This document shows positions 1-11,257 of a stretch of DNA of 64,000 nucleotides, one piece after another (the stretch's first letter is position 1; every line of letters begins with the position of its first letter). Location of the stretch: IMG/VR virus record IMGVR_UViG_2061766007_000848; one strand, given 5' to 3'. The stretch comes from an uncultured virus (IMG/VR IMGVR_UViG_2061766007_000848). Taxonomy: Duplodnaviria > Heunggongvirae > Uroviricota > Caudoviricetes. The position numbers were made by a program, and so were the translations under genes. The notes below the pieces were generated by a model that was not told the origin of the DNA, ran no database searches, and worked only from the letters and a program-made list of their open reading frames with translations.

Positions 1-1035
1 GAGCCATATCCTTTTCGTCATCATTTTTAAGCACGGAAATTTTAAGTTTGTATTCAAGATAGATTTTCAGCAGCTGATAAACTTTATACAAGTAAGTCGA
101 AAACTTTGCTATTTGCTCTATTTCGGCTTCAATCGGCTGCTCACCCTGGTATAGTCTANNNNNNNNNNNNNNNNNNNNNNNNNNNNNNNNNNNNNNNNNN
201 NNNNNNNNNNNNNNNNNNNNNNNNNNNNNNNNNNNNNNNNNNNNNNNNNNNNNNNNNNNNNNNNNNTTTATTCCCTTTCCATCTGTTTTCTCAAACGCTT
301 CACACATTGTTTTTGCAATAGTGTTCCATTCGTAAATATGCAGACTTTGTGAATTGTGCGTTTGAGTTCCTAACTCAACCCCGATAGCCCCCGCCANNNN
401 NNNNNNNNNNNNNNNNNNNNNNNNNNTGTCGGCAAGCCCCAATGCAAATCGTTGCTACGATTTCCGATTGTCGTAATTAGTTTACCATCCCTAATTTTCA
501 ACATTACTATGTCATTACAAGGAATATCCTTGGTTTTGTGTCCCAAGTCGAAATTCGGATTCCAAATTTCCATTACTACCTGACGGCTGTTTGGATTTTC
601 GGATAAAATCTTAATAGCGTCAACCACCTGGTCGTAGCCTTTGTTTGAGCCTAAATTTTCCCGAAAATCATCTTCAGCCCGAATTCCCCAATGACGCAAC
701 CGAAAGCCGTATGGCGCATGGAAAACTTTTCCATCATCAGAAAAATCTGCCATTTTTTTGTTAAACAAAGTCAAAAAGCCTACATCCTTTCTTCCTAATG
801 CAATCCACATGGCTTCAGCAAGCAAGAAAAATACGTTGATATCACGTTGATAACCGCCCACGCATCTTCTGTATGGATTAGTCAACTGCGTCTTGAAATC
901 CAATGCCTCTTTAACATTACCATCACGCGACGGCTGATATTCCTTCTGGGTGAATAGGTAGTAGTTTACAGCAGGATAGATTTTGGAAAATGTATCCGAT
1001 TNNNNNNNNNNNNNNNNNNNNNNNNNNNNNNNNNN
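1..1035 (-). CDS. Thymidylate synthase-family dNMP hydroxymethylase (probably dUMP hydroxymethylase); 3' end runs off the window
   Basis: Motifs SRDGNVKE, FSDDG..F.APYG.RLR, SRQVV..IW, DIPCN (catalytic Cys), NRSND.HWG and, after the gap in another frame, GTQTHNSQSLHIY. The start lies in the N-gap near 1003-1036. Confidence 0.8.
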
Positions 1036-1076
1036 NTTTAATTTCTTTTCTTACCTTTTAAGTAACCTTGTAAAAA

Positions 1077-1105
1077 TAAAAAAGGAGCGGTTTCCCGCCC
1101 CTCCC
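1077..1105 (-). terminator. Putative intrinsic terminator
   Basis: Imperfect GC hairpin (ggagcgg-tttc-ccgcccc) followed by a T-run on the minus strand, just after the stop at 1134. Confidence 0.5.
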
Positions 1106-1133
1106 TGCTTTCGCAGCCGAAAATTTGAAAGGT

Positions 1134-2173
1134 TTATTTCTTCTTTTCTGTTTTAGCCTTGCTTGTTTTGTCCAGGTTGTCTTCCATTTTTTTTCGGTTG
1201 TCGCCCAACTTTTTGTCGATTTTCTGAACTGTGGCCATAATCGGCTCCATCAAACNNNNNNNNNNNNNNNNNNNNNNNNNNNNNNNNNNNNNNTAAGCGT
1301 TGTTCCCTTAATCATCGGGGCACCGCTCCAGCATGGCTGATAGTCGATTTCGGCTTTGTCCAAAATTTCGGTTTGCTTTGTAAGGGTCAACAAGTACAAG
1401 TTGCACTTGATAGAGCCGTCAGCCTGCTTCATGCAATTTTCAATCGACACAAGCGCACGTTGCGAATTTTGTCCCTTAAATTTGACGGTCACGCCCGCAC
1501 TTGCAATCCAGGCATATAGGAACTTATCCTCCGGAAACAACTTTTTCAAAGGTGCATACTCCTTTCGGTCTTCCTCGTTGTTTTTCGGGTCAAGTTTGGT
1601 TCCACGCTTGCCTTCTGGTTTTTTCTTTTCCTCTTTTTCGGCTTTTTTAGCAGGCTTTTCAGCCTTCTTTTCGGTTTCCTTCTTAGCAGGCTTTTCGGCT
1701 TTCTTGGCGGGTTTTTCCTCTACCTCTTCTTTCTCTTCTTCCTCAGCAACCTCATCGTCGGCTTCAGCCTGACGAATCAGGTCACGGATGTCGTCATCAG
1801 TCATCGATTTTTTGACAGTTACGTCAAGCCCATTTGTTTTGATATAGGCTTTTAAAGCGGTTCTGTCCATTTTGTCGAATTCATCCCCCTCTTCTTCAGC
1901 CGTCTCTTCCTCAACCTCTTGAGCAAGTTCGTCTTCCTCTGAAGCCTCATCGGGCTCGTTTTCGGGTTCAGTTTCGCCTGTTGCTACGTTGCTTTCCTCG
2001 ACAAACGATTCAGCAATGTCCAGAATGGTATCGGTGTCTTCCTCTTCCATTCCATCAATTCCATTTTCGGTCAAAATTTCAAGAAGTTTCTCACGTGCTT
2101 CTTCTTCAGTTTTAGCGTTGATTCCCAGCGCCTTTACTCTCTTTGCGGTTGCCGCATTCATTTTCGTTGCCAT
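1134..2173 (-). CDS. Acidic/Lys-rich protein with a small helical domain and PAKK repeats
   Basis: ORF 1250..2173 continues past the N-gap to TAA at 1134. E/D-rich segments, MDRTALKAYIK..GL helical motif, KPAKKAEKPAKK repeats. Confidence 0.65.
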
Positions 2174-2215
2174 AACTTACGATTTTTAAAAATGTTACTA
2201 TTAAAATTGTTAAAA

Positions 2216-2857
2216 TCACTCTTCATCAAAACTATAAGTTTGAAAAACCTTTCTTTGTTGTAATAATTCGTTGCCGTATTTCTTTATCAAAAAGTTTCGT
2301 TGCATATTTATTACATCCATTACTCCAATCGGTTCATCACCACTTTTTAAAACCTCTTTCCTTGCTTGGATTTCGGTTTCGTTGTTAAAATAAACTTTGT
2401 TAAGAATTTTTGTATTGCTTCCTCTGAGATAAAGTGAAAACACCGCTCGTTCCTTTCCCGTAAGTCCTTCCAAAAGGTCGATGCCGTTCAGCAAGAACTT
2501 ATTTTCTTCGGGTGAAATCACAGTATCGTTTTCGATACCAAAATCAAAATTGATATCATCTATTCTTGTTTTGTAGTTTTCCCTACTAATAAATTTCATG
2601 AAATCCTTTGCTTTGTTAGCGCACGCTGACTCCAAATAATAGCGTATCGCAACAGGTTTTGGGGCTTCACCATTTTGGTACTTTGCCCACCGCTTTCCAT
2701 ATGCCTTAATAGCGGTGAAAATTTTTAATCGAAATTCTTGAAGGAGGTCTTCANNNNNNNNNNNNNNNNNNTAAGAAGAAATTTTTGCCGCATACTTTTT
2801 TGCGAGATACTCGTACCTGTTATACAGCCGTTCAGAAATTTTAGGTTCGTTTTCCAT
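2216..2857 (-). CDS. Phage RNA polymerase sigma factor (sigma70 family)
   Basis: Region 2-like EDLLQEFRLKIFTAIKAY and region 4-like LEGLTGKERAVFSLYLRG. Confidence 0.7.
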   Translation of the reverse strand: MENEPKISERLYNRYEYLAKKYAAKISSXXXXXXXEDLLQEFRLKIFTAIKAYGKRWAKYQNGEAPKPVAIRYYLESACANKAKDFMKFISRENYKTRIDDINFDFGIENDTVISPEENKFLLNGIDLLEGLTGKERAVFSLYLRGSNTKILNKVYFNNETEIQARKEVLKSGDEPIGVMDVINMQRNFLIKKYGNELLQQRKVFQTYSFDEE

Positions 2858-2911
2858 TGTCGTTTACAATTTAGATTTACAATTTTGTAACCTTTTCTTT
2901 TGATTACACTA

Positions 2912-2942
2912 CAAAGATAAAACGAATTTTTTAAACGGCAAA
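2912..2942 (-). promoter_or_regulatory. Bacteroidota sigmaABfr-type promoter upstream of the phage sigma gene
   Basis: Minus strand reads TTTG (2942-2939), 19 nt, TATCTTTG (2919-2912), matching the -33/-7 consensus TTTG...TAnnTTTG. Confidence 0.75.
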
Positions 2943-2959
2943 GAAAAATCTTAATTTTT

Positions 2960-3375
2960 TTATAAAATTCTACAAACATCCTTCTTATTGGCGATTTCAT
3001 ATTCACCCGAATTCTTTTGGAAAAGCACTAAACTACCATCAGGCTTAACACTTTCCAGCGTCCAAACCTTTCTTTGGTAGGCAAATTCGTTTCCTGGTGC
3101 AAAGTAGTTATCAACGTCAGACTGGGTCATGTCAAATATCGGCTTTCCGCTTTCATCGAATAATTCGTTGCGTACCTCTTCCAACTTTGCCTCGTTATCG
3201 AAAATGCTGTCCAGGCAGTTTCGTTTTGCAATAGTTTTAATTTTTTCGGCTTTATGCTCCATCACCCTTTGATAGTATGCTTTGTCTTTAGGGCTGTAAT
3301 GTATTTTGCGCCTGAATTCGGCTATTAAATACTCCTTTTGAATTACCAAAAAANNNNNNNNNNNNNNNNNNNNNN
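2960..3375 (-). CDS. Hypothetical protein
   Basis: C-terminal part of ORF 2960..3805. Probably a separate gene starting in the N-gap 3354-3381. Confidence 0.5.
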
Positions 3376-4337
3376 NNNNNNATTTACCAATTACATTTTC
3401 ATTGAATTGCCTGGGTCTTTGCAAGTGCGAAAAAACCTCAAGCGCCTCTTCTCTTGAACATTCGTCAATGTCCTTCCTTGTAGTGTACGTAATACTTGTT
3501 ACAAAATTGTTTTCAAGTTCAAGCCCATATTTTTTGATATCCTTAATAGCATCAAAGTCGTATAGCAAAATAACATTAGCAACACCCTTCAACATTAGTT
3601 TCCTGGTTTGCTCCTCGCTTATTTTCTTACCGAAAGTACAAACGCATTTTATTTCAGGACCATCCCAAAGGTTCAAAAACTTGTCCACCGAAATTTTATC
3701 AAAGACGCCCTCAACTAATATCACAGTTCTGGTTTGGGCGGTGATTTCATCGTACCCGAATAAAAGTTCCGAAAATTCAGTGCCAACGCTGTTATTGTAA
3801 CGCAACTTGTTCTCAGGAACTGCTTTCGCTCCATACCTACCTNNNNNNNNNNNNNNNNNNNNNNNNNNNNNNNATAGGAATCAAAACATAATTTTGGTAC
3901 TTGCTATACAAATCCGTGGTACCTATATTATATCGTTTGCAATCAAAAGCCGTAACACCTCGCCCCAGCAAATACTTGGTACTCCCCCGACATACTTTCC
4001 ACCCCACAGGCATTTTTATCTCGGGCAGTTCTTTAAGCGGTTTTTCATCCTCTTCAAACGTCTCCAAGGCCATTGTTCGCAAACTTTTTATGCTTTCCTT
4101 TTCCTCGACTGTAGCCCCGCCAAGCAAATACGTTTTATCAAGATGCTTCAACAACTTATATATATTTCCATACTCACCGCACTTTTTGCAGTCGAAAAGT
4201 TGTGTTTGCTTACTTATATAAAAGTGGCGTTCCTTCCCGCAAAACGGACAATCGCAAATGTATTGCCCCCTACTATTCAACTTGGGGTTGATAAGCACTT
4301 CCCGCAAGTCTGAGTCGTTTATAGTTCGTGTTTTCAT
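3376..4337 (-). CDS. DNA primase (Zn finger + TOPRIM)
   Basis: CPFCGK...FDCKKC zinc finger in ORF 3837..4337; TOPRIM motifs LVEGVFD and LLYDFD in ORF 2960..3805. Joined across an N-gap. Confidence 0.85.
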
Positions 4338-5710
4338 TAGTCGTCACGATTTGATTCGTACTCATCCCAATCGGTTGCCATGGTGCGCTTTCGGTCATAA
4401 AACCTCGAATAAGCAAAGTTGTTGCAAATATAAATCGGCTCGCCATTTTTATAATCACGCAACTTGTCCGTATGTAGGCGCATTATTTCCTCCTTTGCTT
4501 CATCACGAGTTTGGTTGATAGTTATAAAAACGTCAAATGGACGAATTTTTCCCTTATCCTCACTCAGCTGCGCCCTTGTGATAACAAACTCTGGGTCTTG
4601 CTTTTGCTCTTCGGGAATATTACTCGACTGAGTTGCCGTATGAACTACAGCGTTGAATTCCATTGCTAACATTTTCATTCCCTTGGCTAATTTGGCCTGG
4701 CGAAAACGTTCTTCATGCGGTGCGTAGTTATGACCATCCCCTACCTCTAATAATTCCAGGTAGTCGATTATTATCACATCAATTTTCCCATACGTTTTTT
4801 CCATTTCCTTCACTTCCCTACGAACATCGGTCAAAGTTTTGGCGTTGAACGTTTCTTCGGAACTTACGATGATATCAGATTTTCGCAACTTCTTGATTAT
4901 ACGTTTCGTCACTTCCATTTTCTTGGCGGTGATATTACCTAATTTTACATCCTGATACAAGGTTCCTGTCCAGGCGGCATCATATCGGTTCAAGCATTGT
5001 TCCCTCGTACCCTCTAATTGAAAATGTGCTACTCTGAACCCTTGGCGGGCAGCCGATATTCCGACAAATACTAACACCTGACTTTTTCCAGCGCCTGAAT
5101 CTCCTAACCAAAGAACGCATTCACCTGTTTCCGGACCACCGCTTTCACCTCCCAACCGATAGTCGATTTCATCAATTCCCGTTGGCACCTTATACCGAAA
5201 TTGCCAATCATCGCTTTTACGTTTAGCCTGCCTTTCGACAAAGTCCCCGAAAACAGTTTCAAATTTAGCATCCTGGATAGAAAATTTTGAAAATTCTTCA
5301 GCGTATTTTACGAACATGTCCCACGACTGTTCCTTCTTGCCTTGATTATATAGGTCGGTGATTTTGTCGTTTGCTTCCAAGAACTTCATTTTCTTGATAA
5401 ACTTCTCGAAAGTATCAACAATGATTTCGCAACCGCCTTTCTCGTCAACCTCGACATCGGCTATTTCTTCAAGTTTTTCCAATACGCTTTCATCATCCTG
5501 GAATTGTTGCTGGATTTGCCCGATAGTAGGTATTTTGCCTGTTCGGTCATAGCGTTTTGTTACCCATTGCCAAAGTTTCTTTTCGGCTTCAACTTGAAGA
5601 TACGAAAACTTCAAATATTGACGCACAATATCGAAAATGGTTCTTTTCTGCAGCGCAACCGCTAATAACTCAACTACAAAATTAGTTGCTAAACTATCAC
5701 TCTTTGCCAT
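4337..5710 (-). CDS. Replicative DnaB-like helicase
   Basis: PTGI.EID, Walker A GDSGAGKS, Walker B IIIDYLE, HTATQ, DKLRD motifs. Confidence 0.9.
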   Translation of the reverse strand: MAKSDSLATNFVVELLAVALQKRTIFDIVRQYLKFSYLQVEAEKKLWQWVTKRYDRTGKIPTIGQIQQQFQDDESVLEKLEEIADVEVDEKGGCEIIVDTFEKFIKKMKFLEANDKITDLYNQGKKEQSWDMFVKYAEEFSKFSIQDAKFETVFGDFVERQAKRKSDDWQFRYKVPTGIDEIDYRLGGESGGPETGECVLWLGDSGAGKSQVLVFVGISAARQGFRVAHFQLEGTREQCLNRYDAAWTGTLYQDVKLGNITAKKMEVTKRIIKKLRKSDIIVSSEETFNAKTLTDVRREVKEMEKTYGKIDVIIIDYLELLEVGDGHNYAPHEERFRQAKLAKGMKMLAMEFNAVVHTATQSSNIPEEQKQDPEFVITRAQLSEDKGKIRPFDVFITINQTRDEAKEEIMRLHTDKLRDYKNGEPIYICNNFAYSRFYDRKRTMATDWDEYESNRDD

Positions 5711-6293
5711 ATCCTCTTTTTATGTAAATTTTTTCATATTCGGTTTTCAAAAGTTCCTTACACTCCGCCTTGTAATCACAAGTGGCACATAATGGACTTT
5801 TATGAAAATATAAGGTTGTATTGGCAATGCACCAAAGAAAGCCCCTTTTGGAGTTGTGAAACATACCTTTCAACTTTTCTTCGGCTGGTCTGACCGATGA
5901 TACAATCCTACCTATTTCCGTTCTTTTCTTTGTAACGTTGATATCATACGTCGTCTTAAGCCCTTTCCGAACAATCCACTCATTAGTAGCAGCATCAAGT
6001 TTTTTCCACCGCTCAATCGCTGCCTTGCCAAACACCCAATTAAACCTAACTTCCCGGGAATAGTCTTTTTTTGAACCCGAATTGAACCATGATTGAATTC
6101 CATATTCGGCAAACCTACGAATAAAGTCTTCCCCGATAAAATCGGAAAATGTGTCCATAAAGTTTCCCCAACANNNNNNNNNNNNNNNNNNNNNNNNNNN
6201 NNNNNNNNNNNNNACTTGTTCCAAAAGTTCAACGAATAAATCTACAGCATATCTGAATAGCCTTTGTCTGCGGCGAACCACTTTATTGTCCAT
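5697..6293 (-). CDS. Hypothetical protein between the two helicases
   Basis: ~200 aa ORF with a C-terminal CxxC...C motif; overlaps both neighbours. Confidence 0.6.
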   Translation of the reverse strand: MDNKVVRRRQRLFRYAVDLFVELLEQXXXXXXXXXXXXXXCWGNFMDTFSDFIGEDFIRRFAEYGIQSWFNSGSKKDYSREVRFNWVFGKAAIERWKKLDAATNEWIVRKGLKTTYDINVTKKRTEIGRIVSSVRPAEEKLKGMFHNSKRGFLWCIANTTLYFHKSPLCATCDYKAECKELLKTEYEKIYIKRGYGKE

Positions 6294-7760
6294 CTTCTTA
6301 TAGTTTCTTTCCAATCATCTATCGATGTATCCAAGATACCTACGTTCTTTTCACCGATAGCATCGATATAAGTATTTAATCTTGTTTCCGAATGCTCCGA
6401 AAAGTAAGCGTCAAACAAGTCGAAAAAATCAATTATCAAACTGCGGCTTTTAGTTTCGGTTGCCCCTAAAACACGCCCTTTCTTCTGGATTGTGTTAGCA
6501 TCCTCCAACCCGCCATCGACATTAATCAAAACTTCAACTTGGGGCAGCGTAACACCTTTCTTGAAAATATTAGAGGCCAAAAGAAAACCGCCCTCGCCTT
6601 GCAAAAATTCATTCTTTGCTTGTTCTCGCCCTTCACCTTCAGTTTCACCGCTAATGAAAGGGATGCCCGAAATTTTCTNNNNNNNNNNNNNNNNNNNNNN
6701 NNNNNNNNNNNNNNNNNNACAAAATAAGCGTTTTCAAATTCAACTCCCGAAGAATTTCAATCACGTCCATCAAAAGATTATTCCGAACCACGCTTTCAAA
6801 TATCAACTTTTTTCGATAGCCCGCATAATCCTCCGTCTCAATTTCATACGAAATATCGTTGTGGTCAACTAATAACATGAACACCCGATAATCGGAAAGA
6901 ACCTTGCGCTTGCGTAGTTGTTCCTCTGTTATGCTGTAAATGACGTCACCGCTCCACGCTTTCAACTTTAAGTTTTGAACTAACGTTCCCGCCCGATACG
7001 GAGTTGCTGAAAGGCAGAGTTGATATTCCAAATTCTTTGCCCTCTTATAAATACGTAACTTGGAGTCCGAGCAATTATCATGGATTTCATCGACGCACAG
7101 GAATTTCAGCGCCTTGATATACTTTTCCAATTCACGTTTTTTCAGCTGGTCCGTGCAACGTTTCGACAACGTTGATTGAATAGTTTGAATCATACCTACT
7201 GTAGCACGCTTGCTCGTGTCGATTTTCCCAGCCCGAATTTCCCCAACTTCAATTCCACCATACGGCTGAAAATAGGTTTTAATGTCGTTGGCTGCCTGGT
7301 TGAAAAGCGTTGTATTATCGGTCACAAATAGAAAATTCCCGTCATCAGTTTCAAGGAAAATACGCAAAATTTCAGACGCAATAAACGTTTTACCACCCCT
7401 GGTTGGAACAACAATTATTCCAAATCGCCTTTTGAAAAACGCTTCAACTGCCTTTTGCTGGTGAATGTACTTGCCCGTCATACGCTCGTCAATCTTGATA
7501 TTTTCAGGCAGGCTATATTCATAGTCAGAAATTTGGAACGTCAGATTATGCACTTTCATGTATTCTTTTAGCGTGGGTAGCATTCCAATTTTGAAAGTAA
7601 ATTTCTTTTTGTCAAATTTTTCGATTTCACTTTGATAGGCAAATGGGTCAGGATTATGGAACGTCAGTGCCTTTGCTACGTGCCTGATGCCATCCCTGCT
7701 TGACAACCGAAATGAATATTCAAAGTTGTTGATTCTGTCTATCGTGATTTCCGTTTTCAT
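6242..7760 (-). CDS. SF2 DExD/H helicase (UvsW-like)
   Basis: PTRGGKT, DEIH, SATP and QKKGRVL motifs. ORFs 6651..7760 and 6242..6604 joined across an N-gap. Confidence 0.88.
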
Positions 7761-8034
7761 TTTTCAATATATTTTTTGGGGTGTAGGGAAATAAAGAAGT
7801 TTATCCCCCTTTCCCCCTTATTTTTGNNNNNNNNNNNNNNNNNNNNNNNNNNNNNNNNNNNNNNNNNNNNNNTTATAAGGACAGTGCTGCAAATGTACTA
7901 CTGGTCAAAACGTTCATACCCCTCCTATAACTTTGGTTTCGTTTTCACCGCCTAATCGAATAAATTTTTGCTAACCAATTTTAAACTTTTAGCCCTAAAA
8001 TTACACCGCCCTGGGGCGCCTGATTTAATAGCAA

Positions 8035-8070
8035 TAAAAATAGGAGGTGAAGCAAAGCCCCTACCTCCCG
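8035..8070 (-). terminator. Putative terminator ending the structural operon
   Basis: ggaggt...acctcc stem followed by a T-rich tract on the minus strand. Confidence 0.5.
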
Positions 8071-8093
8071 GCAATGAAAGAAAAAGATTCATA

Positions 8094-8297
8094 TTATTCT
8101 TCAACTTCGTCTTCCTCTATTTCGGGTTCGTCTAAAATTTCAGCGTCATCGGGTACATCACCTTCATCGATTTCATCCCAATCTTGCATGCTTGCCGATG
8201 GGGCTAAAAACACCTCATGGACATATTGCACGCCATCGGTCAGAACCTTTCCTGGACTTGCAATCAAGTGCCGTAAATCAATTTCTTCTACTATCAT
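8094..8297 (-). CDS. Small tail-fibre-associated protein
   Basis: 67 aa; LIASPGKVLTDG...VFL.....W.EI resembles small phage fibre accessory proteins. Confidence 0.5.
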   Translation of the reverse strand: MIVEEIDLRHLIASPGKVLTDGVQYVHEVFLAPSASMQDWDEIDEGDVPDDAEILDEPEIEEDEVEE

Positions 8298-8298
8298 A

Positions 8299-8946
8299 TC
8301 AAATAATGATTATGGTTTCCTCGCTAACATTCATACTTTGGTCAACAACGTACTTTCTTATTGCTCCGTCATCGAGTCCGCTGTAGAATGTTGCGGTGGC
8401 GTTATTTACTTTTGAAGCATGTAAAACCTCGCTTTCAAAAACAGCATAAACAAGTTTTCCCGCATCCAAAGCCGTTTTAATTGCATCCGATGAAGCCGAT
8501 GAAACGATATCATCACCAGAACGGCTGAAGGTCACCCGATAGGTTTCCGTGGTATAAGGAACTATTGTTACTGTGAACGTCGTTGTCTGCTTGCTCCAAT
8601 ATTGCCCATCCCAAATTAAAGTAACAAGCGTAACTACATCGGATGCCGATGTTACGCTAATAGCAGTTCCAGTTGAGTCAAAGAAATTTGAAAAAGTAAC
8701 TGTTTCACCAGGATTTACTTGCGACATATAAATTGCCTGTCCTAAATCTGGTTGAACAGGAACTGTGTTTTCGCTTGCCCAACCTGCTATTGGTGCAACA
8801 TTTCGCGACACAAGTTCAACTGCCCTAACATAGTCCGTAATTTGCAAAGCAAACGTTTGATGGTCTTCGGGTTGAATTTCCGTACCCTTGGGGCGACCCA
8901 TAAGGGTGTCGATGATAAGTTTCCTGGTATCGTAATATCCTGCCAT
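8299..8946 (-). CDS. Putative baseplate/fibre structural protein
   Basis: 215 aa beta-rich ORF at the end of the tail module, preceded by a CAGTTATA motif. Confidence 0.55.
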   Translation of the reverse strand: MAGYYDTRKLIIDTLMGRPKGTEIQPEDHQTFALQITDYVRAVELVSRNVAPIAGWASENTVPVQPDLGQAIYMSQVNPGETVTFSNFFDSTGTAISVTSASDVVTLVTLIWDGQYWSKQTTTFTVTIVPYTTETYRVTFSRSGDDIVSSASSDAIKTALDAGKLVYAVFESEVLHASKVNNATATFYSGLDDGAIRKYVVDQSMNVSEETIIII

Positions 8947-8957
8947 AGCCGATTATT

Positions 8958-9809
8958 TTATTCTTCAACGAAATTATAACTGATAATCATCTCCACTTCT
9001 TCAAGCGTATCCAAAACAAACTTTTCCTTGTATTCCTTTAACAACTGCTCGTTTGTTTTGTATTCATTCTTTTTGATGATTCTTTGAAGCCAAAGTCCGA
9101 TGGCTTGTTTCGGTTCCAGATGGTCCGTAAGCAGTACCGAATTTGCTTCCTTGTTTTTGAAGTCGCCTAAAAATTCAGCTGTAAACCCTTCCGCGGAAAT
9201 ATACGAACATTCAAGCGGTGTATCCAAAATAGTTTCGTCCCGCATTTCAATTCTAAATATCTTTTCCGATATACGTTTCACATCGTAGGTTTCATCGTTG
9301 CTAAATGCTTCGGCAAAAGCGTTCCAAGTTCCTTCAATTCCACCTTCCTTGACCGATATTACCACGTTGAATGGATATAAGGCTATTTCCTCGCCTTCAG
9401 CCGCAGGTTGCTTCACTTCCAAATCAACTGCCGCCCGATAAAATGTTGCGTTGTGAAATTCGCCCATTAGCGGTTCCTGATATCGGTTTGCAATATGCTC
9501 CATAGCATAATCTTCACCAACCGATACAGCTGCTACTTTGAAAACCGCTTCATGATTTTCATCCGTAACAATTTTCAACTCTACGTTTTCAACCGCCTTG
9601 TCAAATTTGTTTATGATACCTACGGCAATAGTTTCCTTTGGTCGTTTTTCAAGCGTGTACGCTGAAATCATATCGAACAAAGAATTCAAAGCCGCATTCG
9701 GAACTGGCGTTGACGAAATATATCCGCCAAGACTTTTCGCCGCATCGGTTTGCGGGTTCTCCTGCGTTTTAGCCAATGACGTCTGAGCGCCTGTTAAGTA
9801 AATCATCAT
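8958..9809 (-). CDS. Putative baseplate protein
   Basis: N-terminal SLGGYISS motif seen in phage tail proteins; lies in the baseplate cluster. Confidence 0.55.
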   Translation of the reverse strand: MMIYLTGAQTSLAKTQENPQTDAAKSLGGYISSTPVPNAALNSLFDMISAYTLEKRPKETIAVGIINKFDKAVENVELKIVTDENHEAVFKVAAVSVGEDYAMEHIANRYQEPLMGEFHNATFYRAAVDLEVKQPAAEGEEIALYPFNVVISVKEGGIEGTWNAFAEAFSNDETYDVKRISEKIFRIEMRDETILDTPLECSYISAEGFTAEFLGDFKNKEANSVLLTDHLEPKQAIGLWLQRIIKKNEYKTNEQLLKEYKEKFVLDTLEEVEMIISYNFVEE

Positions 9810-9813
9810 AATA

Positions 9814-11253
9814 TTAAGAATAATTGCGTTGTTTTGCTTGCGGCTCAATATCCGCTACATTAATCGTGAACGAACTTTCGGCCAAAGTTTCCGATTGACC
9901 ATCGATGTTAACAAACTGAGCAATAGCCAAGTTTGCGAACGGATATTGATTTCCGCTGTTATCCAGCATTCGATAGCCGATTGAAACTGTTATTTCATCC
10001 TCGAATGAATCCGAGATTGACGGGAAGAAAGCGTAAATTCTAAGACGTTCAGCAAGGTTCCAAATTGAAGCCCTAAAATAGAATGGCTTGGCGGGCATGT
10101 TTACGTTTGACGACACCTTCACCTCGTACTCCATCTCCAAGAAATTCGGAACAATGATAAAGTCGTTTCCGCTGTTCAAAATAAGCGTTGGGTCAATATT
10201 GGAAATAATTAGTGACTTGTTAACGTTTCCATCAATAGTCACATATTTCATATTTTTTCTATTGACTAATAACCAGCCCTTGAACATATCGTCAGGGATA
10301 TCTCCATCTTGTAGGTAGTTGCACGAGCCCGATGTAATGTTGAACAAATTATAGGTTGTAGTCGTTACCAACTCAAACAAGTCAACCTTATAGCCGTGCT
10401 CAATTATCAACTCTAAATCAACTGAAACGATATCAACCGCCTTGATTCCACCGATAGCCGCAACACTCAACAAACTTGCTAATGGGTTTGTCGAATAGGT
10501 CTTTTCTTGTTTCGGCTCGTTGAAAAGCGAATAAATACGCTCGTCAGAAACGTTCATAGCACCGCCTATCGAATCAAATGTGATTCCGGCAATAATGAAT
10601 TCATCGGCTGAAACAACTGGCTTATCGGGTGAATCAATTACCCGAATGCTATATGAGTCATATTCGTAAATTTGTTTGTTTTCGGCATACGGCTGAAAGC
10701 CTGGAGTGAACGTACCGATGACGCTGTATTGGACACCGCTTTCCGATGAAAAAGCCCCCGCCAAAATAGCAGAAGTGTCGGAAATAACATTCACAACCTC
10801 GTATTCACCCGAATTAAGTTGAGAATCAAATTTCACCTTTGTAGGAAAATTTGGTTGGCCTCGTAGAACCTTTGTGAATTGCGTTCCAACGCCAGTTATT
10901 GAGCCGTCAACGGCAATGTTTACAGTTCCCTTTTCAAAGTTTTTCACCGCTCTGGAAAGAACTAACCAACGCTTGGTTTCCGTATCGGTTATTTGCAATT
11001 CAAGCGCATCTTCCATCACGATAGCGTTCATTTCAGTATCAAAGGCAACGCCAGGATTTATTACCACCACGTCGTTGGTACCTGGTTTCACTGTTACCTT
11101 GAAGAAAGTATTTTCAGCGTTTCTTACAATTCCGAAAGATTTGGCCATTGACTTCATCGCAAGTTTATAGCCGTCATCAGACAGGAACCTAACAAGTTGC
11201 TGAAGTTCGTTGACCTCCAAAAACAAATTCGGACTTAACTTTAATCTTGACAT
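9814..11253 (-). CDS. Baseplate/tail-fibre attachment protein
   Basis: FLEVNELQQL start, VINPGVAFD and ITGVGTQFT fibre-like motifs. Confidence 0.6.
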   Translation of the reverse strand: MSRLKLSPNLFLEVNELQQLVRFLSDDGYKLAMKSMAKSFGIVRNAENTFFKVTVKPGTNDVVVINPGVAFDTEMNAIVMEDALELQITDTETKRWLVLSRAVKNFEKGTVNIAVDGSITGVGTQFTKVLRGQPNFPTKVKFDSQLNSGEYEVVNVISDTSAILAGAFSSESGVQYSVIGTFTPGFQPYAENKQIYEYDSYSIRVIDSPDKPVVSADEFIIAGITFDSIGGAMNVSDERIYSLFNEPKQEKTYSTNPLASLLSVAAIGGIKAVDIVSVDLELIIEHGYKVDLFELVTTTTYNLFNITSGSCNYLQDGDIPDDMFKGWLLVNRKNMKYVTIDGNVNKSLIISNIDPTLILNSGNDFIIVPNFLEMEYEVKVSSNVNMPAKPFYFRASIWNLAERLRIYAFFPSISDSFEDEITVSIGYRMLDNSGNQYPFANLAIAQFVNIDGQSETLAESSFTINVADIEPQAKQRNYS

Positions 11254-11257
11254 ATTC

